This document shows, in pieces, positions 25,975-37,890 of a stretch of DNA of 64,000 bases. The stretch spans positions 388,616,001 through 388,680,000 of the forward strand of contig OZ024741.1 of assembly GCA_964016885.1 (NCBI GenBank), in the 5' to 3' direction. Under the pieces are notes generated by a model, which was not told where the DNA came from, made no database searches, and worked only from the letters and a program-made list of their open reading frames with translations. A program made the translations under genes and the position numbers. The stretch comes from Eledone cirrhosa. Lineage: Eukaryota. The stretch's first letter is position 1; every line of letters begins with the position of its first letter.

Positions 25975-26445
25975 GTTGGCAGGCAACAAACATGTAACAG
26001 GCAGGCAACAAACAGGCAACAGGCAGGCAACAGGCAGGCAACAAACAGACAACAGACTGGCAAAAAGCAGGCAACTGACAGGCAACAGACAGGCAACAGA
26101 CAGGCAAAAAGCAGGCAACAGACAGGCAACAGGCAAGCAACAAGCAGGCAACAGACAGGCAACAGGCAAGTAACAAGCAGACAACAGGCAGGCAACAGGC
26201 AGGCAACAGACTGGCAAAAAGCAGGCAACTGACAGGCAACAGACTGGCAAAAAGCAGGCAACAGACAGGCAACAGGCAAGCAACAAGCAGACAACAGGCA
26301 GGCAACAGGCAGGCAACAGACTGGCAAAAAGAAGGCAACAGACAGGAAACAGGCAAGCAACAAGCAGACAACAGGCAGACAACAGACAGACAACAAGCAG
26401 GCAACAAACAGACAACAGGCAAGCAACAGGTAAGCAACAGACAGG
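25975..26445. repeat. T-poor minisatellite built from 4-mers (ACAG/GCAG/GCAA), with internal ~135 bp duplication
   Basis: caggcaacagacaggcaacaggcaagcaacaagcag repeated; ctggcaaaaagcaggcaactgacagg recurs near 26057 and 26211. Confidence 0.85.
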
Positions 26446-26814
26446 TGACAAGAATTTAATTATTGGAGCATTACACTCACAACATTTAACATCTACTGGC
26501 CATAGATAATTTAGTATCAAATGGTATTGAGCTAAACAGCCAGTCTATGTACAATCGAAACAAGGAGATGGAGATGAATATATTAGTCTAGACTGAATCA
26601 CAAAAATGTATGTTGAATTCTTGAAACTTAAACATTACAGAAACTTATTGTATATTCTAGTGGTACAATAAAAAATACAAAAAGAAACAACAAAAATCTG
26701 TGGATGTGAAAATTCATATTTTTTTTAAAGCTTAATGGAAAAACTTTATAAATTAGCTATAGTCATGTTTATAACACTTGAAAAAGGAGCTGTATTCCAT
26801 TTATACTTACAGAT

Positions 26815-26828
26815 GTATATGTATGTGA

Positions 26829-26894
<66 letters not shown>

Positions 26895-27107
26895 ATATGT
26901 ATATGTATGTATGTAGTATGTACTATATATATGTATGTGAGCATATATATACATATATATATATATATTTATATATATATATATATGTGTGTGTATATGT
27001 ATATGTATGTATGTAGTATGTACTATATATATGTATGTGTGTGTATTTGTGTATATATATATATATATGATACATACCATACATACATGCATACATACAT
27101 GTATATA
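26815..27107. repeat. (TA)n / (TATG)n microsatellite cluster
   Basis: Long perfect (TA)n at ~26831-26888 plus duplicated gtatgtagtatgtactatatatatgtatgtg. Confidence 0.9.
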
Positions 27108-27269
27108 GGCGTAAATGGAAATTCAATTGCTTTTTCATGTGTGTTGTATTGAAAACATGACTATAACTGATTTTCAAAGATTTTCCATTAACCTTTCATG
27201 TCCACAGACCTTTCATTTTTATTGTGCCACTAAAAACTATGCAATAATTTTCTCATATACATATATATA

Positions 27270-28423
27270 TCATCATCATCATCATCACCATCACCATTTA
27301 GTGTCAATTTTTCCTCCCTAGCATGGGTTAGACGAGTTGTCCTGTGGTGAGATAGGCAAGATCAGATGATCATGTCTTGCTTATACAGAACTGATTTTGG
27401 CTTGATTTCTACAGCTGGATGCCCTTCCTAACACCAACCTCATTTACAGTGAGTACTGGGTGCTTTTTGTCATGACACCTACACAACCACTTTACAGTGT
27501 GGGCTGGGTGCTTTTAGTTGTCACAATCATGACCACTTTACTGTGTGTGCTGGGGTCTTTGTGGGGAGAGATGTGTGGGAATTGGGGAAGTGGGCATAGG
27601 AGCATGTGTGAAGGGCAGTCGCCATCACAACCACTTTACAGTGTGGGCTGGGGATGTTGGTGGGGGAGATGTGTGGGGATTGGGGAGGTGGGTATAGGGG
27701 TTTGTGTGTGGTGTGCAAAATGTTAGGAGGTGGTAGGTGAATGAAATGGGGATAGAGGTGAAGGTGATGAAAACATGATATATGCTTCACCAGCGATTTC
27801 AGTCCTGTTTCATCGTCTTTGAGAGGTGCAATTTGCAAGGACAGCTTTTATCATCTCATCCCAGGTCTTCCTGGGTCTTCCTATTCCATAACTTCCATCA
27901 GCTTTGAGTGCTCTGCCCCTTTTTATACAGCTGTCATCCTTCATACACATCACATGTCCATACCAACGCAATCTTCTCTCCTGCACACTGCATCTGATTC
28001 CTCTTATGCTTAGTTTATGCTTTGCTGTTCATATATATTGCTATTACACATCCTTCAAAGCTTGGAAACTTCATTTCTTCCCAATCTTCACAGGCCCTCT
28101 GCACACAGTGCCCAGGCCTCATTACCATACAACATTGCTGTTCGTATAGACACATCATAAATTCTGCCCTTCAATTTGAGGGAAAAGCTTTTTGTAGCTA
28201 ACAGTGGTAGTAGCTCCTTAAACTTCTCCCATCCCGTTCTCACTCTAGCTACTGTACTTTCGGAACACCCACCCCCACTGCTAAGTTGGTCACTCGAGTA
28301 ACAGTAACTGTCTACTGCTTCTACTGAACTTTCCCAGAATTTGATAGGGCTTGTTTCCTGTGGGCATGTGCAAGGCCATTTTCCCAAGGAGATCATGGTT
28401 CTGTTTTCTCTTCTACTTACTAG
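27270..28423 (-). mobile_element. RTE/RTEX-type LINE, 3' part of decayed copy 1 with (GAT)n tail
   Basis: ORF 28088-28396 (SSGGGCSESTVARVRTGWEKFKELLPLL...LKGRIYD...MLYGNEAW) matches the plus copy at 34215-35621; (CAT)n at 27271 is the reverse-complement tail. Interrupted by the Gypsy element. Confidence 0.85.
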
Positions 28424-28795
28424 TATAATGAAGAATGTAAGTCGTTATAGTTGTTAGTAAGGTTAGATCAGAAGGCATTAAATAGACAAACTCCATTATA
28501 AGTATTACTTCATTTATTCTTGCTTCACACTGTGAAAGTCATTTTGCCTGTATTTCCATGTGTGAGATACAACAGGATATGGCGTGTCGAAGAATCGACG
28601 TCTTGACGATAGCAGATTTTTCTGGAGACTGGTCTTCTGTCTTAACTTCCATTCTCTGGTCTAAGTAGTCCAGTTACTTGTATCGCTACGCCGAAGCTTT
28701 TGATTGGCTCACACTTCAACCAATTTACTTCCGTAACATTTTCTTCCGCCGAAGGAAAATACATTTAATTACAAAGGATATATATTACTGCTACA
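28424..28795 (-). repeat. 3' LTR
   Basis: Direct repeat of 32896-33269 (about 10 substitutions and 2 indels by eye, ~97%). Element-strand ends TGTAGC...CATTATA. Confidence 0.95.
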
Positions 28796-28810
28796 TCACC
28801 CCCTGCTTAG
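28796..28810 (-). other. Polypurine tract
   Basis: Element strand ctaagcagggggtga immediately precedes the TG of the 3' LTR. Confidence 0.7.
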
Positions 28811-29035
28811 GCTTAAAGCCGACAGAGAAAAAAAGGGTAGCAGTTGCAAGAAAGGAAAAAAAAAATAACAGTAAATATATGATAAACAATGTCAATTCAG
28901 AGCAATGTCTGCGTTTTGCTTCAGAGAAAAAGAGGAACTTAAAAACTGAGCAGCAGAAATAGTCCAAAGTTCACATTAATTAATGCATTTAATATAAATA
29001 CAAGTACTCAAAAAGCTTGCTCTATATAGCATAGT

Positions 29036-32000
29036 TCATATATATAGAGTCTTGCAAAGCTTCTTGGGCCAATGTACTCGGCGACCACTACGTGTGGTGG
29101 TGACATATGTAGGTGTAGGTGGAGAAGGTGTGTGCAATGTTGCATGTGTAGCGTGTGTTGGCTGATGCAGAGTATATGTAGGGGGAATATGGGGCTCTTG
29201 TGTGAGAGTGTCTGTAAAGGCCCGTTTCACCCTATCGATGGATACAGTCTCTTTTTTACCACCAATGTCCAGAGTGAACAGTTTATCTGTGCGTGCAAGC
29301 ACACGATAAGGACCGGTATAAGGTGACGTGAGAGGAGCTCTCACGGCATCCTTCCGTAGAAAGACGTGGGTCCACAAAGCAATGTCTTTTGGGACCAAAG
29401 ACTTTATTGTCTGTTGCCGAGGGTTCATAGGCGGAAGACTGTTAAAATAACATCGCAGTCTGTCCACATACAGAGCTGGATCTGTTTCAGCTAAATCCGT
29501 TGGGGTCAACATCTGACCCGGCAAAGATATGGGGAGTATCCTAGATCCTCCTTGATAGCTGCACGACAGCCAAGAAGGACAATTGGTACATACTCGCTCC
29601 ATTGCTGTTGATCCGGATAAGCGCGCAATGCGGCTTTCAATTGGCGGTGGAAGCGCTCTATCATTCCGTTGGAAGCTGGATGATAGCTAGTCGTTCGGAT
29701 GCGCTTAATTCCCAGGATCCTTGAAAGTTCTCGGAAGAGATGAGACTCAAACTGTCCACCACGGTCCGTGGTGACAGTGGTTGGAACTCCGTAACGCGAT
29801 ATCCAACCCGATACTAGGGCTCGCGCTATAGATTCTGCCGAAATGTCACTGAAAGGAATGGCTTCAGGCCAACGTGTGAAGCGATCAATACAGGTCAGGA
29901 GATAGGTAAATCCTTGGTCCAACGAGATCTATATGGACATGACTGAACCGAGCGTCTGGAGTGCTGAAAGTTCCGAGGGGTGCACGGATGTGTTTGTGCA
30001 CCTTTGACTTCTGGCAGGACAAGTAGGAACGTGTCCAGGCAGTGATGTCATGCCTCATATTCGGCCAGAAGAATCTAGTCAAAATGAGCTTCACTGTGGT
30101 CGATATTCCGGGGTGTGCTAGACCATACAAGGTCTCAAAAACTGCACGACGATGAGTCGCTGGAACTAGAGGACGAGGTGAATCCGTAGAGGTGTCACAA
30201 ATAATCTGTGTGTCCGAAGTGGGCACAGGTTGATATGAAAATTTGCCAGTTGCAAATTCAGGAGACGAAAGATCCAAGGTGTCCAGGGGTGGCTGTTCTG
30301 TGGCCATCCGTTGAAGGTCAATATCCGAAGGTGATGACAGGGAATTGATTGGGAGGCGAGACAGTGTATCTGCTGCCGCATTCTGCTCACTGGAGATGTG
30401 TCGGATATTGCTGGTAAATTGCGAAACGAAGTCCAAATGACGAGTTTCGCGAGGTGAATATTTATCCGGCTTAGCACGCAGTGCGAACGTAAGCGGACGA
30501 TGATCAGTGTAGATCGCATATTGACGACCCTCCAGTGAATGCCGAAAGTGTTTCACTGCGAGGTACATAGCCAGGAGTTCACAGCCGAACGTGCTATATT
30601 GTGTTTCTGCAGGTTTCAGTTGTCTCAAGAAGTACGCAAGAGGTTGTAATTGTTGTTGGTGATGCTGTTGCAAAACTGCACCTACAGCTGTGCCCGATGC
30701 ATCAACGACCAGTGAAAACTGGGCACCAGACACAGGATGTGCAAGTAACGATGTCTCCACAAGTTTCTGCTTCACTTCGTTGAAGGCTTTTAGCTGACTC
30801 GTATCCAGTGTGATGGATTCATTTTTCCTTTTCCTGTTACGTAACAGGTCAGACAGAGGAGACAGGAGAGCCGCACAGTGTGGGATAAAACGTCTGTAGT
30901 AGTTCAGCAGACCAAGGAAATGTCGTAGCTGTCAAAGTGAAGTGGGTGGTTGAAGGTCTTGCAGAGCTTTCACTTTGTCAGGTAGTGGTAAGATTCCCTC
31001 AGGGCTGATGATATGGCCCAAGAAGACAAGTGAAGACGCACCGAAAACACATTTCGCTGGGTTGATTCGCACCTGATACTGCTGAAACCGCTCAGACAGT
31101 AGACGGAGGTGAGTGACATGTTCCTCGGGTGAGGTACTTGCCACGAGAATGTCATCAATGTAGTTATACACGAAGTCCAAATCGTGCACAGCGTCATCCA
31201 TGAAACATTGGAAAGTACTGGCTGCGTTTCGCAAACCGAAAGGCATAGTCAGAAATTCAAATGCTCCGAAAGGAGTTGTTACAGCAGTTTTAGGTATATC
31301 TGCGGGTTCATTGGAATCTGGTGGTAAGCCTTGACCAAATCCAATTTGGAGAATGTCTTACATCCATGAGGCGAAGACGCGAAATCTTGTATGTGTGGGA
31401 TCGGGTACCGTCATTGCATTTAACTGGTGAAAGTCCCCAGTGGGACGCCAATCACCGGAACGCTTCGGAACCAAATGCAAAGGAGCGGCCCACAGACTTG
31501 AGGATGGGCGTATGATCCCCAGCTGTAGCATGTGGTTAAATTCAGCCTTCGCTGCTTTCAATTTCTCTGCAGAGAGGCGGCGAGGGCGAGAAAATACAGG
31601 AGCGCCAGAAGTTTCGATATAATGTTTTGTGGAGGGAGTAGGCTTGCTCACCACAAAATTCAAATTTGTCAATTCCGGGAAGGAATTTAGAAGCGACTGG
31701 AAAGGGTCCTCGGAAGCGGCGATGACGAATACTGGGCTGATAGATAAGACAGTAGATCTCAAACCCGGAACGGAGAGTTCTGTATTAGCATCCAACAACC
31801 GGTGTCTGCGCATATCCACTAAGAGGTTATAGTGGTGCAGGAAATCCGAGCCTAGAATAGGGTAAGGCAAATCAGCAACCGTGAAAATCCACGTGAAGTC
31901 TCTTCGCAATTCCAGGTTCAAAGAACGAGAAATTTGACCATACGTGGAGATAGGAGAATGATTTACGGCTTGCAGAGAAATAGATGTAACTGGCGGCTTC

Positions 32001-32155
32001 TCTTTGAGAAGTTTTAGCGGCCATATGCTGCAAGCAGCGCCTGTATCCACCAGACATCGTGCTTGAGAAAACGTGTCAGTTATGAAGAATGTTCGATTAT
32101 TTGGGAGCGTCAGAGGAGACTGTGCCGTGCTCAGGTCTCCTGAAATCCGTTTCCC
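29036..32155 (-). pseudogene. pol: Gypsy pol (protease, RT, RNase H, integrase), frameshifted
   Basis: LVDTGA protease; MPFGLRNAASTFQ...YIDD RT; VDAS...ELLA...YTDHRPL RNase H; AHPG..WPNM..C..C integrase Zn region; IDRFTRW...TTDRGGQF...NGMIERFHR integrase core; PYTGPY (GPY/F). Confidence 0.92.
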
Positions 32156-32560
32156 TGGTTGGAAAACGAACAGGGCTGGTTACAAGAGCATGCCGCCACG
32201 CCAAAACGGCTGTGGTAGTAGCACAGTCCTGGCTTGCTTGTGTGGCGGCGGCATGGCGAGGGCGAACGGCTCTGGAAGTGACGTCTGGACGATTGAGCCC
32301 TGGAGGTACTCAATTTTCTCACCTCTTTGGTGAGTTGCTCTATGGCTTGAAGTATTGCCACAGATGCAAGTGAGTGATCGGTGTGGACGGCAGCTGCTGG
32401 AGAGAACGAAGAGACTGCAGCCGGTGGCTGAGGTGCAACGTAGGAGGCAGGGTTTCCAGTGAATCTTCTAATTTTGTCGGTCAAAGCCGCTAGCTGGTCG
32501 ACTGTGGTAGTCTCCATCACAGGCGCTAACATCGCCTGAACATCGAGCGGCAGAAAGGAA
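32131..32560 (-). pseudogene. gag: Gypsy gag, C-terminal part only
   Basis: LPLDVQAMLAP...LAALTDKI...RSRSPS...CYYHSRFGVAACSCNQPC (CHCC motif). Upstream is AT-rich non-coding sequence, so the N-terminal part is missing. Confidence 0.8.
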
Positions 32561-32875
32561 AATGTTAAGAAATGTCAGAGAGGAAAATGTTAAGAATAAA
32601 AAAAAAATTTTCTTATATTTTTCAAAAAGGTGTTGCCTTTAAATCAAATTGGCTGGCAAACAAATGCTGAAGACGTATAATGGCCATTCGTAACGATAAT
32701 TTTTTTTTTTTTTGTTAATAATGTCGATACAAAATGTGTTTGTGCATGCAGGCAAATGATAAATATAATGATAACGAAATAATTGTTCTAAACAACAAAA
32801 CGTTCAGTTTTTTTTTTTCTTTGTGACAGCGTTCTTTCTTTCTTTCATATTTGTTGTACCAAAATGCTTGTTTGA

Positions 32876-32893
32876 ATCTCGTCGGCGTCACCA
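32876..32893 (-). other. Primer-binding site, tRNA-Trp
   Basis: TGGTGACGCCGACGAGAT, 2 nt downstream of the 5' LTR; 16/18 to the canonical Trp PBS TGGTGACCCCGACGTGAT. Confidence 0.85.
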
Positions 32894-32895
32894 TT

Positions 32896-33269
32896 TATAA
32901 TGAAGAATGTAAGTCGTTATAGTTGTTAATAAGGTTAGATCAGAAGGCATTAAATAGACAAACTCCATTATAAGTATGTACTTCATTTATTCTTGCTTCA
33001 CACTGTGAAACTCATTTTGCCTGTATTTCCATGTGTGAGATACGACAGGATATGGCGTGTCGAAGAATCGATGTCTTGACGATAGCAGATTTTTCTGGAG
33101 ACTGGTTTTCTGTCTTAACTTCCGTTCTCTAGTCTAAGTAGTCCAGTTACTTGTATCGCTACGCCGAAGGTTTTGATTGGCTCACACTTCAGCCAATTTA
33201 CTTCCGTAACATTTTTCTTCTGCCGAAGGAAAATACATTTAATTACAAAGGATATATATTACTGCTACA
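32896..33269 (-). repeat. 5' LTR
   Basis: Direct repeat of 28424-28795, adjacent to the PBS. Confidence 0.95.
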
Positions 33270-33432
33270 CTAGGACCTTAGTCTTTATCGAGTTGACTTT
33301 AAATCTTTTGTTTCGAGGCCATGCTTCCAAATTTGGAATTTCTTCTCTAATTCTGCCATAGATTCAGCTATAAGTGTAAGATCATCCACATACAGGTGTT
33401 TTCATGGGCAGCCACTCCTCTGTTATAGCCTG
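33270..33432 (-). mobile_element. RTE/RTEX-type LINE, 5' part of copy 1 (continues 27270-28423)
   Basis: Reverse complement caggctataacagaggag...gtggatgatcttacacttatagctgaatctatggcagaattagagaagaaattcc aligns to 34222-34400 and joins the left part across the CTAG TSD. Confidence 0.85.
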
Positions 33433-33669
33433 TATATATATATATATATATTATATATATATACTAATAATAAAACGGTGATGTGTTAGATCTTCATTAT
33501 ATTTATTGAGGTGTGATGCGAGTTTCACCATCGATCAGCTCAAGGCTCAATCTGTATGGATCTGGCCTGACTCTGGAATCAAAAGTTCATTGGACTTCTG
33601 TTATGGTTTATATATATAGGCACCCTGTAAGTGACTTTGATTGACAGAAACTCTTTGCTGAAGAAAGTT

Positions 33670-33800
33670 TGTATATATATATGTATATATATATGTATAT
33701 ATATGTATATATATATATATATGTATATATATATGTATATATATATATATAAGTTTGTATATGTATATATATATGTATATATAGGTATTTGTATATGTAT
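33670..33800. repeat. (TA)n/(TATG) microsatellite
   Basis: Read directly. Confidence 0.85.
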
Positions 33801-34180
33801 AAGGCAGAATTCTAGGAGAAGGAAAACTCTGATATAACACCTGCAACCCTGATTGTATCCAATGATGTTGACTTGTTCTTCTTTTTGGTAAATATCATCT
33901 TGGTTAAGAGAGTGGGACTGGCTTTGTGCAGTGCCTTTGCTCACTATAAAAGCGTCACGGCACAGGCATTGCTTTATATCTGGAGATCTCTCTGCACTTG
34001 TCATCACATGGTACCATGGGCCCAGCACTATGTGTCAATAATTGTCACAAGTGTAATGTTTGTACCAGAGTATTCAAGTCGCTGGCTGGACTAAAAAGTC
34101 ACACTCGTTCAGCGCATCAGTAGGGGTTCTCCTACATGGATATAAAGTAGTGGCCGTACTCGAAAACGAGTTGGCAGCCA

Positions 34181-34183
<3 letters not shown>
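33801..34183 (+). mobile_element. Short non-autonomous RTE-derived element, 5'-truncated copy
   Basis: Close match to 37517-37890; flanked by (TA)n on both sides. Confidence 0.7.
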
Positions 34184-34214
<31 letters not shown>

Positions 34215-34216
<2 letters not shown>

Positions 34217-35582
34217 CCCTTCAGGCTATAACAGAGGAGTTCAAGACCGGCTGCCCATGGGAACTCCTATATGCAGATGATCTAACGCTCATAGCTTCAT
34301 AGCTGAATCAATGGCTGAACTAGAGAAGAAATTCCAAACATGGAAGCATGGCCTAGAATCAAAAGGCCTTAAAGTTAACTTGTTTAAGACTAAAGTTCTA
34401 GTTTGTAGGAAGGAAAATAGGGCACCGGTCCCATCTGGGAAATGGCCATGCTCAGTGTGTAGGAAAGGAGTAGGCAGAAACTCCATTTTATGTCCCAAAT
34501 GCAAAGTATGGGTGCATAAAAATGTAGCGGGATCACAGGTAAGCTAACTAAGAATGTAGATTTTATATGTGACCGGTGCTCTGGTGCAATAAGTAGCAGC
34601 AAGTGCCCACAGAATACTAGCTCATTCCATTGCACAGATGGTTCTATAGAAATAGTGGACAGTTTCCGTTACCTGGGTGACAAAATAGCAGTGGGGGAGG
34701 GTGCTCTGAAAGTAGTACAGTAGCTAGAGTCAGAACGGGATGGAAAAAGTTCAGAGAGCTTATACCACTATTGGCCGCTAAAGAGTTCTCTCTAAAAATG
34801 AAAGGCAGGCTGTATGATGCCTGCATATGAACAGCAATGTTACATGGCAGTGAGACCTGGGCATTGTGTGCAGAGGATATACGCAGACTGGAGAGGAACG
34901 AAGCTTGCATGCTCCGCTGGATGTGTAATAGTAATATACGTGAACAGCAAAGCATAAACGAACTAAGGGAGAAATTAGGAATAAGAGGGATCAGATGTTG
35001 TTTACTCGAGAGAAGACTACGTTGGTACGGTCACGTGATGCGCATGAAAGACAACAGCTGTATAAAAAGTTCAGGGCGATAAAAATAGACGGTAGCCACG
35101 GAGTAGGCAGACCCAGAAAAACCTAGGACGACTTGATTAATTCCGACCTCACACACTTACACCTCTCCAAGGCAATGTCACTGGACCAAGATCTTTGGCG
35201 CTACACAGTAATACAGAAGACCCGCCTTGCCTAAGTACAAAGTGAAACCTACAGTCAGTAGGCACCTCTAACAAAAATACACCTTGTCCCACTACCCCCA
35301 CCCCCTTCAATGTGAAGTTATGTTGGTACAACATCCAGTCCGAAACAAATGAGGTTGTGTAGGTGTCACGACAAAAAAACACACAGTCCACTCTGTAATG
35401 TGGTCGTGTAGGTAACACGGTAAAAACTTCCCAGTCCACACTGTAAACGTGGTGGTGTTAGGAAGGGCATCCAGCCGTAGAAAACCCACCAGACAGTCCT
35501 ATACGAGCAGGACAACTAATCTTGCCTCAAGAGGGAAAACTCCCGTCCAAACCCATGCAAGCGTGGAAGATGGACATTAAAC

Positions 35583-35621
<39 letters not shown>
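34215..35621 (+). mobile_element. RTE/RTEX-type LINE copy 2, 5'-truncated, (GAT)n tail
   Basis: LQAITEEFKTGCPWELLYADDL (RT), GLKVNLFKTK, FRYLG, MLHGSETW, RLRWYGHVMR, GRPRKT; (GAT)n tail 35583-35621; several frameshifts. Confidence 0.9.
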
Positions 35622-35629
35622 ATAATGAA

Positions 35630-36090
35630 AATTATTGCGTACAGTGTTCAGGTACACTCCAACTCATCAAAGGTGCATGTATAGGACATAGAATAATGTA
35701 CAAATGTCAGGAAGGTGAACAGTATATGAGTCATGATATACACATGTGCATGTATATGGAGGGTGGCTATCAGGTGTAGTGTTGGCGAATTTCAGGAAGC
35801 ATGGAAGTTTTGAAGGTTGCAGTGTCCCGACAGCTAACAACTGATTCAGGTAGTTTGTTCCATACTTCAGCAACTCTGAGTATGAAAAAAAGTTTCTGAA
35901 AGTTATGGAAGCTGGACAGTTTTTTTTATTTTATAAGCATGTCTATGAGCGTTAGACATATGGAACTCAAAAAGGTGCCCAGGGTTGTTGTTGAAAAGAT
36001 GATTAATAATCTTGTGGTGTCTACCAAGTTAGTTGCCAGATGTTAGAGCTTTAATGTATCCATGCCCAGGAAAGCAAAGCATTCAGGGTA
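35630..36090 (-). mobile_element. CR1-type LINE 3' fragment
   Basis: Minus strand near 35810-35900 gives NFF..RVAEVWNKLPESVV...FK, the CR1 C-terminal motif. Confidence 0.65.
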
Positions 36091-36424
36091 TGGTAGGTAC
36101 CAGATAAAGGGTAATCACCCAGAAACATGAGTCTGTTTATATGTCAACAGAAGAGCAAGAACGACGAGGTCATTCTACTTACATGGCTTAAAGAGGTTGT
36201 TTGCATAATTGCAAATGAATCGAATATTATTATTAATATTCGAAAAACTCAGATTTACATTTCTTGTATTCAGCCATGTAGAGTGATAAAACTATTTGTT
36301 TTATGTATATATATATATGTAGAAGCCATTTCTATATTAAATTTGTTGTTAACACTCTATTAATGTATTGAGTACCTTACTGTGGTTACTTCCGACTGAA
36401 TCCGGGACTCACACACAGACGCAC

Positions 36425-36465
<41 letters not shown>
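36425..36465. repeat. (TA)n(GA)n microsatellite
   Basis: Read directly. Confidence 0.9.
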
Positions 36466-36604
36466 ACAAAGTCATAAAGGACATATATATATTTAAACAT
36501 AGTCACAGATACATATATGAATGTAAGCTACCTTCAATGGTGTAGCTCGATGAATGAATAAATTAAATAAATAATTATTAATCAGAACTATATTAAAATT
36601 ACAA

Positions 36605-36865
36605 GTTCGAAGAACAGGCAGATAAAATTTATCCAATTTTTTCTTCTTAGTCCATAGAAATTAACTAGATAAATAATCATTTAAACAGAGCTCAGTTAAA
36701 ATGTATCTTTGAAGAAATAATAGATAAATGTCATCGATATTCCTTTATGAAGAACAGTCACATAAAATTTACCTAATTTTTCCTCTTAGTCCATAAAAAT
36801 TAACTAAATAAATAATCAATTAAACAGAGCTAAGTTTAAAATGAAGAAAAAATAGATAAATGTTA
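36605..36865. repeat. Two diverged tandem copies of an ~140 bp AT-rich unit
   Basis: gaagaacag..ataaaattta..aattttt..tcttagtccata.aaattaacta.ataaataatca.ttaaacagagct occurs at ~36609 and ~36749. Confidence 0.75.
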
Positions 36866-37290
36866 CCAAAATTTCTCTATTCCCGACTGTTGAGAGTTTT
36901 GCTTGCACTTTGTGGAAATGTCTAATCGTTGCATTATCCATGATGCTCTGAGCTTATCAAGAGACTCCCTCAGTTAGGACTGAAATTTCCAAAGTGATCG
37001 CTGTTAGTAATGAATTCAAAAGGGGTGAAAAATCATCACGTGGCTAGTGGTCAAAGTAGAAGAGTTGTGAAGGATAGACTGGTGGCCAGTAAGTTCATTG
37101 CTAGAAGAAGCAGTTAGTTACTGACTAAAGTTTACTCAACTGTTTTATCGTGTGCAGAGATGTAAGTATGTATGTATGCATGTATGTATGTATGTCTACA
37201 TGTATATTTGCATGTATGTATGTTTGTATGTATTTATATATCTATGTGTGTAAGTATGCACATATGTATGGATGTATGTATGTATATTAT

Positions 37291-37890
37291 GTCAGGTCAC
37301 CAGTTGGTGCTACTGGTAACATGTATCCCAGTACAACCTGTCTCATGGTCGGGTCGTTGGCGACTAAACTGGCAACCCCACCAAGGTTTCTTGGTGAGGA
37401 GGGTGACTTTGGACATCCTGCAGGACTAAAAACAAAACCTGTCAAAGGGCAAAGGAGCTCTTAAGAGTCAATGGCCATCCAAAATCACCGGGAGAGATGA
37501 CCCCTTAGCCTTTGTCAAGGCAGAATTCTAGGAGAAGGAAAACTCTGATATAACACCTGCAACTCTGATGGTATCCAATGATGTTGACTTGTTCTTCTTT
37601 TTGGTAAATATCATCTTGGTCAAGAGAGTGGGACTGGCTTTGTGCACTGCCTTTGCTCACTATAAAAGCTTCATGGCACAGGCATTGCTTTATATCTGGA
37701 GATCTCTCTGCACTTGTCGTCACATGGGACCAGCACTATGTGTCAATGATTATCACAAGTGTAGTGTTTGTACCAGAGTTTTCAAGTCGCTGGCTGGACT
37801 AAAAGTCACACACATTCAGCGCATCGGTAGGGGTTCTCCTACATGGATATAAAGTAGTGGCCGTACTCGAAAACGAGTTGGCAGCCACCA
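37291..37890 (+). mobile_element. Short non-autonomous bipartite RTE-derived element, longer copy
   Basis: RTE-like 5'UTR motif ctaggagaaggaaaactctga joined to an RTE 3'-end Zn-finger remnant (CSVCTRVFKSLAGLK); no RT; embedded in (ATGT)n. Confidence 0.65.

Larger units (their letters stand above)
28424..33269 (-). mobile_element. Ty3/Gypsy LTR retrotransposon, CsRN1/Kabuki/Boudicca-like, decayed
   Basis: Two LTRs of 372 and 374 bp, 4-bp TSD CTAG (28420-28423, 33270-33273), tRNA-Trp PBS, PPT, CHCC gag motif and PR-RT-RH-IN domain order. Confidence 0.95.

Noticed and set aside
25916-26520. Cys/Leu-rich metallothionein- or keratin-like ORFs
   Set aside because: Open in several frames over a T-poor 4-mer minisatellite; units do not preserve frame.
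26735-27177. IY/YI-repeat ORFs (also 33579-34028, 37150-37464)
   Set aside because: Translations of (TA)n/(TATG)n microsatellites.
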